Source of the DNA: an uncultured archaeon
Lineage (GTDB): Archaea > Asgardarchaeota > Heimdallarchaeia > Heimdallarchaeales > Heimdallarchaeaceae
Direction of reading: 5' to 3'
NCBI GenBank assembly: GCA_964549075.1
Contig: CAZJUB010000006.1
Span: 11,805-75,804, forward strand
DNA: 64,000 nt
This document shows positions 1 to 9,590 of the stretch, piece after piece; positions within the stretch are counted from its first letter, which is position 1; each line of letters opens with the position of its first letter. The position numbers and the translations under genes were made by a program. The notes beneath the pieces are model-generated. The model was given only the letters and a program-made list of their open reading frames with translations, made no database searches and was not told the origin of the DNA.

Positions 1-809
1 TCTTCTTGTGCGTCTGAGAGTCTTTCGTGATAGTTTTCTTTAAAAATTCTGAATTTTTCTCTTTCTTGTTGTATAATCACTTTCCATTTGAGAGTATCTT
101 GAGCAGCTTTTTTTAGAATAGGGCGGTGTCTAATGACTCTTTCATTTATGTCATAGATGATTCCCTTTAGCTCTTTTTTATCAGTAACCATTCTCCTCAG
201 TCTATTGATGTTTTCACTAAGTTCATTATTGAAAAGTAGGAAATTATTGTGAGTGTTTTTGTATAAATGTTCTCGGTTGACAGAAAAAAGTAATTCTGAT
301 AACTTATAGAAGTGTTGAAATACTTTGTGTTGTTTTGCTTCAACTTCATTTTTCCTCTTCATATACTCTTGATCATCAATTTTGTTAATTACATAATCTT
401 GCTCTAGTTCCATTTCTTCTTCAAAAGTCCTTGTAGCAGCTTTGATAGCCATATACATAACATATCGTATTTTTAATTCTTCTATCTCAACAGGAGGAAT
501 TTCGTCTAATTCTATTTCGGGGAATTTAACGTCTAGTTTGATTTCTTCTGGTTTTGTTCTAACAATTTCTCCTCTTTCAATTTCCTGAATATCTGTTTCT
601 GCTTCCGGTAAAATCTGTTGAGTATCCTCGATAGTAACTTCTTCTTGCGAAACTAGACCTGAAGGTAATCCAGATAGAATCTCTTTATATTTATTTTTAA
701 GAGTTTGATAGGTTCTTCTATCTATAGAACCTCTAATATATCGTAAATCAAGATCCCTGATAAACCTAAGAATCCTTCTTTTCTTTAGAGTAATATCATC
801 GTCAGACAT
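1..809 (-). CDS. Hypothetical coiled-coil protein, 3' end outside the window
   Basis: Not in the ORF track. Hand translation from ATG at 809 gives MSDDDITLKKKRILRFIRDLDLRYIRG...ERLSDAQE, open to the window edge. It is helical and rich in charged residues. Confidence 0.75.
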   Translation of the reverse strand, partial: MSDDDITLKKRRILRFIRDLDLRYIRGSIDRRTYQTLKNKYKEILSGLPSGLVSQEEVTIEDTQQILPEAETDIQEIERGEIVRTKPEEIKLDVKFPEIELDEIPPVEIEELKIRYVMYMAIKAATRTFEEEMELEQDYVINKIDDQEYMKRKNEVEAKQHKVFQHFYKLSELLFSVNREHLYKNTHNNFLLFNNELSENINRLRRMVTDKKELKGIIYDINERVIRHRPILKKAAQDTLKWKVIIQQEREKFRIFKENYHERLSDAQE

Positions 810-892
810 TATTAAAGTAAAATATACGTTTCATATTCAAATATGTTACTAAAATATCAATCTATAATTTCTTGGTAAAAAGCGATACCCAT

Positions 893-912
893 AAGAAAAA
901 ATATATATTTAA
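893..912 (+). promoter_or_regulatory. Putative BRE/TATA element for the profilin gene
   Basis: A-rich run followed by ATATATATTTAA about 40 nt upstream of ATG 948; GGTGA SD motif just before the start. Confidence 0.35.
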
Positions 913-947
913 TGTGTTACAAGAAAAAATAGTAACGGTGATTATTA

Positions 948-1307
948 ATGAGTTTTCAAGATGAGGTACAAGTGCTCGCTAATGAAGGTACAGTTGGTGT
1001 TGTTTGGCTTTTAGGTGACGATTTGAAATGTTATTATCAATATGGTGACTGGGCTGTTGATCCCACTATCCCATTTAATGCGTGGAAGAATCAAACTCCT
1101 TCGGTAGATTTTGGTGGTGGATTGAAGTTTACTGTAATCGCGATGACACCTGAGAGATTGATTTCTAGTAATCTTGGAGGTCAAGGACACCTCATAGTAG
1201 CTCGTTGTCCAAAATGGGCAGGTTGTGTAATAACCTGGTCTCCTTCAAATGTTCAAAAAGATTATGCGTATGCATGTGCAGCAAAACTAGCAGCTAGAGT
1301 AGGCTAA
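948..1307 (+). CDS. Asgard-type profilin (actin-monomer-binding protein)
   Basis: 119 aa. The segment GLKFTVIAMTPERLISSNLGGQGHLIVA matches the Asgard profilin pattern (GxKY/F...T.ER.I.tN..G.GH.i). N-terminal helix, beta core and C-terminal helix layout. Confidence 0.8.
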   Translation: MSFQDEVQVLANEGTVGVVWLLGDDLKCYYQYGDWAVDPTIPFNAWKNQTPSVDFGGGLKFTVIAMTPERLISSNLGGQGHLIVARCPKWAGCVITWSPSNVQKDYAYACAAKLAARVG

Positions 1308-1322
1308 TATTCTGGTGATTTT

Positions 1323-1613
1323 TTGTCTTTCCACCTTTCTATTGAAGAAAAAGGGGAAGATGTTTTTATTACAATTAAAGCACATCCCAATTCTTCAAAG
1401 AAAGAAGTAAAACTCTCTGATTTTGATATTGATGTCTATGTTCATGAGCCTACAGATAAAGGAAAAGCTAACAAAGCAATTATTAAATTACTTTCTAAAA
1501 CGCTTGATCTTCCTTCTTCCTCTATAAGTATAGTAAAGGGTATTAAATCTCAAACAAAAATTATACTTCTAAAAGGTATTAAAACCTCCTTAATATTTGA
1601 AAAATTGGGTTGA
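1323..1613 (+). CDS. DUF167/UPF0235 (YggU-like) protein
   Basis: PNSSK...V.EPTDKGKANKAIIKLLSK.L.LP.SSI.IVKG..S..K is the UPF0235 signature. TTG start with GGTGA SD. Confidence 0.85.
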   Translation: MSFHLSIEEKGEDVFITIKAHPNSSKKEVKLSDFDIDVYVHEPTDKGKANKAIIKLLSKTLDLPSSSISIVKGIKSQTKIILLKGIKTSLIFEKLG

Positions 1614-1614
1614 A

Positions 1615-2181
1615 TCAGAGTTTCATTTTTTCAAAAGCTCTGATCAATTCATTTCTTTCTGTGAATTTTTGGTGTAAACTCGCACTTAGATTCATAAGGT
1701 GTGCAATACTTGTTTCAACCGTATCGAGCATCATTTCTTCTAAATTAACTTTTATTTCTGTTATTTTGTCTTTGAATTCTTCTGAATTATCCAATATATC
1801 GATTTCTAATAGATACAAAATAGAAAGATCTATACCATGTTCTCCTTCAACATCGTCTACGTCGAAAAAAGTACTGTATTTGTAGTCAGTATTTTTAGCT
1901 TCTTTTCTCAGATCACTAATTGTTTTCGAAACAATCCCAGCTGGTCCCCAACTAGTCAGGAGTTGTGAATGTATTAGTAATTCCTGAACTTGACTCATCA
2001 TGTCACTTGTTTCTCTTAGAATATTAACTAACTTGGTTCTAAAGGCTTTATCTGTGTTCTTTCTATATTCTAGAGCTTTATAGCCTAAGTATCCTTCAAT
2101 ATTTGCTCTGAGAATTTTCAAAGCCTCACTTGGAGCTTCCGATAAAGCTGCATTTGATACATCTTTCTTTTTACCAAACAT
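1615..2181 (-). CDS. Conserved hypothetical helical protein
   Basis: 188 aa ORF with a GGTGA SD. IEGYLGYK..EYRKNTDK..R resembles a conserved uncharacterised prokaryotic family. Lies directly downstream of the ligase on the same strand. Confidence 0.7.
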   Translation of the reverse strand: MFGKKKDVSNAALSEAPSEALKILRANIEGYLGYKALEYRKNTDKAFRTKLVNILRETSDMMSQVQELLIHSQLLTSWGPAGIVSKTISDLRKEAKNTDYKYSTFFDVDDVEGEHGIDLSILYLLEIDILDNSEEFKDKITEIKVNLEEMMLDTVETSIAHLMNLSASLHQKFTERNELIRAFEKMKL

Positions 2182-2203
2182 TTGTATTCACCTTTATTTT
2201 ATC

Positions 2204-3976
2204 TTATTGATTTAAATATATTGTGCGTATTTCTTCATTTGAAGTTGCTTGTTCAGGAGGTCTGTCCTCAACTATTCTTCCCGTAAATCTTGGAAATCGA
2301 AGTGCTAAACCTTCGTTTTCATTTTCAAAGTAACCTCTAGAGCAGGTGTGCATTTGACTTCTAGTTATTTCTGCTCCACTAACCTCTATCACAATTTTAG
2401 GGTCAAACCAGACACTACATTCAATTTTGCTTTCCACTTCTTTTGGTTTATCTCTTTCTAGCGGTTTTAGGATCTTAAGAAAGTATGCAAGGTCTTCATC
2501 AGAAAAACCTGTTGCTACTCTTGTAAAAGTTTGGAAAACATTATCTTCTACATTAAAGCATCCTAATAAGAAAGTACCATATTTTCCGGCTCTTTTTCCC
2601 TTCCCATAGTCAGCACCAAGGATAACTAAATCAAAAGAGTCTGATAACTTATCTACATAATCAGCTTTATATTTTACCCAATTCCAACCTCGATTTCCTG
2701 CTTGATAAACTGAATTATCAGCTATACTTTTACCCATTACTCCTTCACAGCTGTTTTCTAAAGCTTGATGAAAGAAACTATCAATTTCATCTGTGTTTTC
2801 AGCTATTCTTTGATGAGAGAATTTTATATTTTCAGTTTCTTTAATAATTTTATGCAAAACCTCTCTACGTTTAAGATATCCTTCATCAAGAACTGCTTTA
2901 TTTTGAGCATAAAGTGCATCAAAAAGGTAAACTCGTACTGGCACTTCTGTAATTTTTTGTTCAATATCATGTTTTCTCTTTCTTTGTGATACCTGTTGAA
3001 ACGGTAGAATGCGGTCATTTGTTAGATCATAAGCAACAATCTCACCTTCAATGATAAAATTCTCTTCTTCTGAAGCTGCCTTTATGAACTCAATAACGTC
3101 TGGAAATTGATCTGTTATGTCCTCCGGTCTCCTAGAAAATAATCTTAATTTATCTCCTTGTTTGTGGATTTGAACTCTTAGTCCATCATACTTGTATTCT
3201 AAGGAAACTTTTCCATCAAATTTTTCAAGTAATTCATTTGCACTTGATACTCTTTGTGCTAACATGACTTTTATAGGATTCATTACCTTGACATCTATCT
3301 CTCTGACAGCTTGAACTCCTTCTCTATACAATAATTCTGAAATTGTACCTATATCGGATGTGAGATTATATGCCCTCTCCAAGATACTTTTATTTTCTCT
3401 AGTTCCAGTTTTAGCTTTGGAAAGAGCTTCAAGAAGTAATTGAACTGCAACACCTAAACGTAGTTGACTGACAACCATTCTTATAATATATCTAGCTTCA
3501 AGCGGATTAACTTTGGATATTAATCCTGATAAGATTCTAATTTTCTTATCTGTCGAACCTTCCCCCGTAGTTTGAGCAATAGAATCTAATTTATTCCAAA
3601 CATCTAGAATGGTATATTCATTAGTTTCTTTTTGTACTGTGAAAGAAAGAAGTGTTGATTGTGTTTTTCTTTCTAAAAGTGTTTGAGCAGTTTTACCTAA
3701 ATCTCCCACTTCATCTAGCAGATCTGTCACACTTTTCTCATTTTTACCGGTTGAAATAGCTAAAGCTTTTATTGCCATTTTCTCAGCTAACATGAGTTCG
3801 ATCCCCACAAAATCAGGGTAGATTTTTCCTAAAGTTAATAATGCTATTTTACCTATTTCCTTCTCTGAAGCTTTAGAGAGAGTATCAGCTAAAATGTCAA
3901 CCATTTCCAATTTTTTTTGTGTATCTTCCAATTTAGAATAGCAGTCACTAAGTTCTCTGAATTTCAAGTTTATCAA
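2204..3976 (-). CDS. lig: ATP-dependent DNA ligase (archaeal LigI type)
   Basis: Motif I EYKYDGLR, motif III EGEIV, IIIa FDALY, IV EGVMGK, V WVKYK and VI ALRFPRF, plus the N-terminal DNA-binding domain. Confidence 0.97.
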   Translation of the reverse strand: MINLKFRELSDCYSKLEDTQKKLEMVDILADTLSKASEKEIGKIALLTLGKIYPDFVGIELMLAEKMAIKALAISTGKNEKSVTDLLDEVGDLGKTAQTLLERKTQSTLLSFTVQKETNEYTILDVWNKLDSIAQTTGEGSTDKKIRILSGLISKVNPLEARYIIRMVVSQLRLGVAVQLLLEALSKAKTGTRENKSILERAYNLTSDIGTISELLYREGVQAVREIDVKVMNPIKVMLAQRVSSANELLEKFDGKVSLEYKYDGLRVQIHKQGDKLRLFSRRPEDITDQFPDVIEFIKAASEEENFIIEGEIVAYDLTNDRILPFQQVSQRKRKHDIEQKITEVPVRVYLFDALYAQNKAVLDEGYLKRREVLHKIIKETENIKFSHQRIAENTDEIDSFFHQALENSCEGVMGKSIADNSVYQAGNRGWNWVKYKADYVDKLSDSFDLVILGADYGKGKRAGKYGTFLLGCFNVEDNVFQTFTRVATGFSDEDLAYFLKILKPLERDKPKEVESKIECSVWFDPKIVIEVSGAEITRSQMHTCSRGYFENENEGLALRFPRFTGRIVEDRPPEQATSNEEIRTIYLNQ

Positions 3977-3979
3977 GCC

Positions 3980-5389
3980 TTAGAAGATTTTTCTTTTTCC
4001 CTTTGATTCTTTTATTTCTAAAACAATTTCACTTATTAAATGTATAAGATTTGCACTTAAAACGTCGACACTATTTTTTAGTTCTCTAATTGCTTGAATA
4101 AGATCTCCCATCATTTGTGATTGTACTGCTGAATTTACACTTGGTTCTACTTTCAAATTTTCCAATCTTTGGTCAAAAATCATAAGATCTTTTTCGAATT
4201 GATCCATTTCTGGGGTTCTAGGTTCAGGAATAGAAGAAATATCAGCTTTTGAACGTTTCCTCTCCTCTCTCCTTTGTGCTTCCCTATCAGATTTTTCTTT
4301 CATTTTTTCTATGTATGGCAGAACTTCGGAGTAATCAATACCTTCTCTCCTTGCCATATCTGTAAGTAGAATATCTCTATATCCTCGATCTTCAATTTTT
4401 AAAGTATCAATTTCCTTTTCTAGCTCTTGAATAATTGATATTGCTTCATAGATGTCATTTTTAGACATTTTTGGTTCAACCTCTTTAGATTCTGTACGTG
4501 TAGATTTTACTTCATCTCTCAAAGTTTTCATAGCTTTCATAACTTCAGTTTTTACTTGATCAGTTTCTCCTTTTGATAAAGCTTCTTTGACCATATCAAT
4601 TTTACTTACAGACTCGTAAGGTTCTTTTTCTTGAGCCTTCTCAAATTCAGTAATTTCTTCCTCAAATTCTGTTTCTTCTTCTTCCTCCTCTTCTTCTCTA
4701 AGAGATTCTTCTTCACCTAATGATATAGGAGGTGTACCAACATGAGTAAAGATGTTTTTTGCAAATTTGGCATTATCCTTTAAATCTAATCCTGCTTTTC
4801 TATCAGAAAGCATTAGATAAGAACCACAAACAAAAACTGTTCCCAAACCATAAGAAGTAATTGCAGCTATAGCACTACTTGGTGGATCACTAGAATTACT
4901 CGTTCTAGCTAGTTCTGAATCTCCTTCGTCAAGCTGTAAAGAACAACTTGAAACAATAACTATTTCTTTCAAACCATCTGTTATTGGATGTTCTTCGAAT
5001 TTTGAGATTACAACATTACTCTCTAATCCTAGTTCAAAATTTTCATAATCGAATATTTGGTTCGAAACAATAGACATATTGAAGTGTTTTAATAATGTAT
5101 TCAGATTTGTACTTAAACCATTATCCCCTCCTGCATTAGCAAATATGGCTAAAGCACCTCCTTCATCAACAAATCTGAGTAGAGCTTTTACCTCATGTCC
5201 ATATAATTTGCTTGAATCTGGACAGAGAAGTACAACTATGTCATAATCTGTTATACTGGTATATTTTATCGGGTATGAATCATATCTTGATATTTCATGA
5301 CCTTGATTCTCTAAAAGCTCACTTAACTTCTGAAAATTCTCATGTATTTTTCCTCTTTCTTTCTGGGTTTCGTCAAATAAAATCCTCAT
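3980..5389 (-). CDS. GIFT (GldG/IFT52/DUF4350-like) domain protein with an acidic linker and coiled-coil C-terminus
   Basis: N-terminal ILFDE..., FVDEGGAL, GGDNGLSTNLNTLLKHFNM.I, HPITDGL and G.VFV.GS..M.SD motifs. Poly-E linker, charged helical tail, no signal peptide. Confidence 0.7.
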   Translation of the reverse strand: MRILFDETQKERGKIHENFQKLSELLENQGHEISRYDSYPIKYTSITDYDIVVLLCPDSSKLYGHEVKALLRFVDEGGALAIFANAGGDNGLSTNLNTLLKHFNMSIVSNQIFDYENFELGLESNVVISKFEEHPITDGLKEIVIVSSCSLQLDEGDSELARTSNSSDPPSSAIAAITSYGLGTVFVCGSYLMLSDRKAGLDLKDNAKFAKNIFTHVGTPPISLGEEESLREEEEEEEETEFEEEITEFEKAQEKEPYESVSKIDMVKEALSKGETDQVKTEVMKAMKTLRDEVKSTRTESKEVEPKMSKNDIYEAISIIQELEKEIDTLKIEDRGYRDILLTDMARREGIDYSEVLPYIEKMKEKSDREAQRREERKRSKADISSIPEPRTPEMDQFEKDLMIFDQRLENLKVEPSVNSAVQSQMMGDLIQAIRELKNSVDVLSANLIHLISEIVLEIKESKGKRKIF

Positions 5390-5580
5390 ATAGACACCCT
5401 TATTCTTGCAGAAATATTTCCTTATTTATATAGACAAATTATTTCTATACGTTATTAATCTTATTGATACTATTACTGAATTATACGGATTTTTAAACTA
5501 AAAGAACTCAATAACTAAAAATAAATAATTGCAGTAAAGCATAAAAACATCTATGTTATTGTGTGTTATCCGGTGATTGA

Positions 5581-6438
5581 ATGTCAAAATTAGACTTTGA
5601 TAAGTTAACAGAACTAGCTTCTTCTCGATTAGATATAATTGTTCTCCATTCACAAAAGGGCGGTCCTGGTAAAACAACCTTATCTTGCAACATAGCCCAC
5701 GAATTAGCAAGAAGAGGAAATAAGACTGTTCTAGTAGATCTTGACATTGCTCAACCTACAATACAACATATCTTTAGAATAGCAGATAAGAAAATCAAAA
5801 AGACTATTAATGATATCCTTTTAGGGGAGGCAAAAGTAACAGAAGAAGCTTTGATTGAAACAGAAGATCCTAATCTATTTTTGATAGTTGCTAAGGAGAA
5901 TGTTGAGTACGGTGAAGGTTTACTGTCTTTACTAGAAGGGATTCAGAAACACTCCTTTTTTGTTATGCACGAAATGACTAGATTCCTTCTAAAAATGGGT
6001 TTCAAATACGTGGTTTATGATTGTGCTCCAGGTTATAGAATGGAATCAGTAAATGCTGCTGCAATCGCTGATGCAAGATTATTTGTGATTAGACCTTCAA
6101 CTTTCAGCTATGAAGGAGCGAAACAAATGCTCACTGATATCTACAAGAAACTTGATATTACGTCTCTTAATTTCTTTTTATTTAATCAAGTTCCACCTGA
6201 ATTAAGTGAAAAAAATCAGAAATTGCTCAACAGCTGGAAAGATGAGCTAATAAAATTATATCTCCCTTACAAGATCTCATTTCTGGATTTTCTTCCAGTT
6301 TCTTTCGAAATCATGGAACTAGGGATAAATGGTGAATATATGTTTCCTACTGATACTATATTATACAATAAATTATCTAAAATTGTAGATGAAATCACTT
6401 TGAAAATAGACAAAATGAAAGAAGCTAAAAATGAATAG
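5581..6438 (+). CDS. MinD/ParA-family ATPase
   Basis: Deviant Walker A KGGPGKTT, VLVDLD, Walker B YVVYDCAPG and FNQV. Confidence 0.88.
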   Translation: MSKLDFDKLTELASSRLDIIVLHSQKGGPGKTTLSCNIAHELARRGNKTVLVDLDIAQPTIQHIFRIADKKIKKTINDILLGEAKVTEEALIETEDPNLFLIVAKENVEYGEGLLSLLEGIQKHSFFVMHEMTRFLLKMGFKYVVYDCAPGYRMESVNAAAIADARLFVIRPSTFSYEGAKQMLTDIYKKLDITSLNFFLFNQVPPELSEKNQKLLNSWKDELIKLYLPYKISFLDFLPVSFEIMELGINGEYMFPTDTILYNKLSKIVDEITLKIDKMKEAKNE

Positions 6439-6497
6439 ACAAAAAAATACGAAAATTATATCAAATCTTATATTAGCTAACGTATACAGTTTTCTTA

Positions 6498-7484
6498 ATG
6501 AGCCTAGTTAAAGAGTATCAATGTCCTCATTGTAATGCTCCTTTGGACATCAACCCAGAAGATGCAATCTTCAATTGTGAATCTTGTGGTCAAGCTATTC
6601 TAGCAGATGGTTCTGAATTTGATGATCATTATATTCTTAGAAACACCTTGAATAGAACACAGATACATGATATCGTTAAGGGTTTTATTAAGAAAAAAGG
6701 TTTTATGAGGGGAATTCGTGGTTACAAAATAACAAATATAACTCCTACATTAATGCCTTTTTGGGTAGTTACTTCTGATGCATATACTCACTACGTGGGA
6801 TATCTCAGATATACTGAAACAAAAACAAGAACCGTAGGTTCTGGAAAAAACACAAGAACAGTGACTGAACATGTGACTGTATACCGTCCAATAGATCAAG
6901 AGATAAGAGAAAAAAGAGCAGATGTTCTTTTAGGAAGAAGAGGTAGTTCAATCTATGGCTACAATCAAGTTAAAAACATCGTTCGCTCTGAATTCTCAAA
7001 CGCTGTTCCTTTTAATCATGATCAATTGGTTGCAACTGATAAAGAATTCGAATATTTATCCTCTGAAATAACTCTAGATGCTGCAAATCAACTTGGGAAA
7101 ACAGTTGTTTTTGATGATCATAGGTCAAGAGCTGAACGTGCATGCACTAAGGTTTTTGATTGCGCGACTCAAATAACTTTTTCAGGAACATACTTCTTGC
7201 ATGCACCTGTTTGGCAGGTTGAATATGAGTTTAAAGATGAAACTTATCGTATGGCTATTTTAGGAAGTAGTGGTAGAATAATAATAGGTGAAATCCCAGT
7301 TACAACAACTTACCGAATGATATTTTTAACTTTAACATTCTTAACCTTAGGTGTAGCTGGAGTGGTAAGTTATTTCTTTGGTCAAACTGAAGTATATGTT
7401 CCGATTATAGCTGGAGTAGTTGCTGCTGTTATAGGGTTCTTTACGCTTAAGAATACCTTTAAACCAAAGTCGGTGGTGGATTAA
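6498..7484 (+). CDS. Zinc-ribbon membrane protein (paralog 1)
   Basis: CPHCNAPL...CESCG, a PFW motif, HAPVW.VEY and two C-terminal TM helices. Confidence 0.75.
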   Translation: MSLVKEYQCPHCNAPLDINPEDAIFNCESCGQAILADGSEFDDHYILRNTLNRTQIHDIVKGFIKKKGFMRGIRGYKITNITPTLMPFWVVTSDAYTHYVGYLRYTETKTRTVGSGKNTRTVTEHVTVYRPIDQEIREKRADVLLGRRGSSIYGYNQVKNIVRSEFSNAVPFNHDQLVATDKEFEYLSSEITLDAANQLGKTVVFDDHRSRAERACTKVFDCATQITFSGTYFLHAPVWQVEYEFKDETYRMAILGSSGRIIIGEIPVTTTYRMIFLTLTFLTLGVAGVVSYFFGQTEVYVPIIAGVVAAVIGFFTLKNTFKPKSVVD

Positions 7485-7485
7485 G

Positions 7486-8472
7486 ATGAGTAATGTGAAA
7501 TCAATTATGTGTCCAAATTGCAATGCTCCATTAGAGATGGAAGCTACTCAATCCCATGTAACCTGTCCGTATTGTAATGTTACAAGTGAATTAAAGGAAG
7601 TTTCTGAATTAGTTGAACATTATATGTTACCAGTAAGTTATGATGTCTCTCAAATAAGAACAGAACTCATTGGAGATATCCTAAAACACCCAGGTGTTCC
7701 TGAAGATTTACATAATTCTCTAGAATTCACTAAAATTGATCTGAAGTTCTATCCATATTACATTGTAACAGTTCATCTTAGAACAGAATACAAAGGGAAT
7801 GGAGAATATGCTACTTTCAGTAACAGATACAAATCAGGATATCGTAATATAAGTACACACCTGAAACCAGAACAAGGTGTTTTTGATGATACAAGAGAAT
7901 TCATAATTTATTCTGCTGAAGAAGTAAATAATGATTTATTAAATTTTGAAATATCAACTAGAGGAAAAAGATATTTTCAAGCTTTAGAAGCTGAAAAAGT
8001 TAAAGCAGACGTAGTTCCAAGTATTTTCAATCTAGATCAAGCAAAAGAAGAAGCTATATCAAATATGCGAGAGATTCATAAAGGACTGATGATGAAAGAG
8101 CTCGCACAAATTCTTGAAGTAAGAGATAAACCTGATATTGAAGGAGTATATTTATTGCATATACCATTTTATATACTTACATTCAAAGCAGGTAAGAAAG
8201 AATACACTGCTATATTGGATGCTGCAACTGGTAGAACTGTAATTACACAAATTCCGAGAGAAACATCCTATTGGATGCAAGTTGGAGTGTTAACAACAAT
8301 TTTTGGAGCTGTTGGTTTAGCTGGTATTTACTTCGTCATTCAAAATACCCTTAGCCTTGGTTACTTCGGAATTTTTGGTGCAATTGCTGGCTTGATTTAT
8401 GCTGCTCGTACGTTACAACTTGGTCTGAAATCAAGATATACGGAAACTCAGAGAAATAAGAAAAGGAGATAA
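7486..8472 (+). CDS. Zinc-ribbon membrane protein (paralog 2)
   Basis: CPNCNAPL...CPYCN, PYY, HIPFY, DAATG and two C-terminal TM helices. Same length (328 aa) and layout as the upstream gene. Confidence 0.75.
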   Translation: MSNVKSIMCPNCNAPLEMEATQSHVTCPYCNVTSELKEVSELVEHYMLPVSYDVSQIRTELIGDILKHPGVPEDLHNSLEFTKIDLKFYPYYIVTVHLRTEYKGNGEYATFSNRYKSGYRNISTHLKPEQGVFDDTREFIIYSAEEVNNDLLNFEISTRGKRYFQALEAEKVKADVVPSIFNLDQAKEEAISNMREIHKGLMMKELAQILEVRDKPDIEGVYLLHIPFYILTFKAGKKEYTAILDAATGRTVITQIPRETSYWMQVGVLTTIFGAVGLAGIYFVIQNTLSLGYFGIFGAIAGLIYAARTLQLGLKSRYTETQRNKKRR

Positions 8473-8502
8473 TTATTTCTTTTCTCTTTTACCTTTTTAT
8501 TT
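8473..8502 (+). terminator. Putative archaeal T-rich terminator
   Basis: Pyrimidine/T tract (ttatttcttttctcttttacctttttattt) immediately after the stop codon. Confidence 0.3.
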
Positions 8503-8529
8503 AAAAATATAAAGAATCTTTAATTTAAT

Positions 8530-9264
8530 ATGAATGAAGAGATTCCTATTTTCTTTGACTTTGGTGGAACTTTAGTGGACACAGTTGAAGTAACTCGTAG
8601 AGCATTTAATGAAGTTTTAGGAACAGATTATTCTACAGAAGATATCAAGAATATGTACAAGGATGCTTCACAAAAAAGACAAAGTATGTCTTTATTATTC
8701 AAGTATAAGGTTAATCCTGCAAAACTAGCTTTAAGACAGAAAAAACTCAGAGAAATGCAGAAACAACTTTTTTTAGAAACGATAGAACTCAATGACCAGT
8801 TCAGAGAGATTCTCTATAAAATTAAGAGACTTGATCCAAGAATTAGTTTGATTTTAGTCACCCAAAATCCTATGATGGAAGATGAGGAATATTCTAGTAA
8901 AGCAATGAGTAAATTGTTTGGGGATAGGAACCCTTTCGATTCCATTCTTGCCGGTGAAGATAAGTTTCAACTCATTGTCTATAACTATGATCCTGATATA
9001 CTTGCAAGAGGAGTATTAATAGGGGATTTACCAAATGATGTTTATGTTGCAGAAATGTTAAAGATTCCTTGTTTTGGAGTTACATGGGGATATTCAGAAG
9101 AAGAAGAACTTCAAACACCATTCATTGTTGATAGTATAGATGAGCTGTACGAAATGGTTCAAGATCATATTGAAGATTTAAAAGAAGAAAAGAAAGCTGA
9201 AATAGAAGAAATCGAATTCGAGGATATTGACCTAGATTCTGATGACTTTGAATTAATAAGCTAA
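8530..9264 (+). CDS. HAD-superfamily hydrolase (phosphatase-like)
   Basis: Motif I FFDFGGTLVDT, motif IV IGDLPND, VTWGY, and an acidic C-terminal tail. Confidence 0.85.
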   Translation: MNEEIPIFFDFGGTLVDTVEVTRRAFNEVLGTDYSTEDIKNMYKDASQKRQSMSLLFKYKVNPAKLALRQKKLREMQKQLFLETIELNDQFREILYKIKRLDPRISLILVTQNPMMEDEEYSSKAMSKLFGDRNPFDSILAGEDKFQLIVYNYDPDILARGVLIGDLPNDVYVAEMLKIPCFGVTWGYSEEEELQTPFIVDSIDELYEMVQDHIEDLKEEKKAEIEEIEFEDIDLDSDDFELIS

Positions 9265-9266
9265 AC

Positions 9267-9590
9267 TTAATCTTCTAATTCCAAAACTTCTTTTGCTACT
9301 TTCTCTGCTATTTCTGCAAGTATTTCCTTATTTTTATCAATAATTTCTTGAGCTTGCTTCTTAGCATCTTTAATGAGTCTCTCATATTTACTGCCATCTT
9401 TTGCTTCTTCTATCCTATGTTTTAATATCTCTCTTGCATCATTTTTAGCGCTTTCTAATCTTCTTACTTTATCACTTTGAGCCTTTTCAATTAATGTTGC
9501 TGCAGCTTTCTCAGCTTCCTTTGTTTTTAATTCAGCATGTTGTTCAGCAACCTTTATTTGCGTTATTATTTCTTGTTCCTTAGATGGCAC
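9267..9590 (-). CDS. atpH: A/V-type ATPase peripheral stalk subunit H (G-like)
   Basis: Alanine/lysine/glutamate-rich coiled coil (EIITQIKVAEQHAE...AKNDAREI...AKKQAQEII). Likely GTG start at 9590 with GGTGA SD 6 nt upstream; the track start at 9644 is probably over-extended. Confidence 0.7.
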   Translation of the reverse strand: MPSKEQEIITQIKVAEQHAELKTKEAEKAAATLIEKAQSDKVRRLESAKNDAREILKHRIEEAKDGSKYERLIKDAKKQAQEIIDKNKEILAEIAEKVAKEVLELED

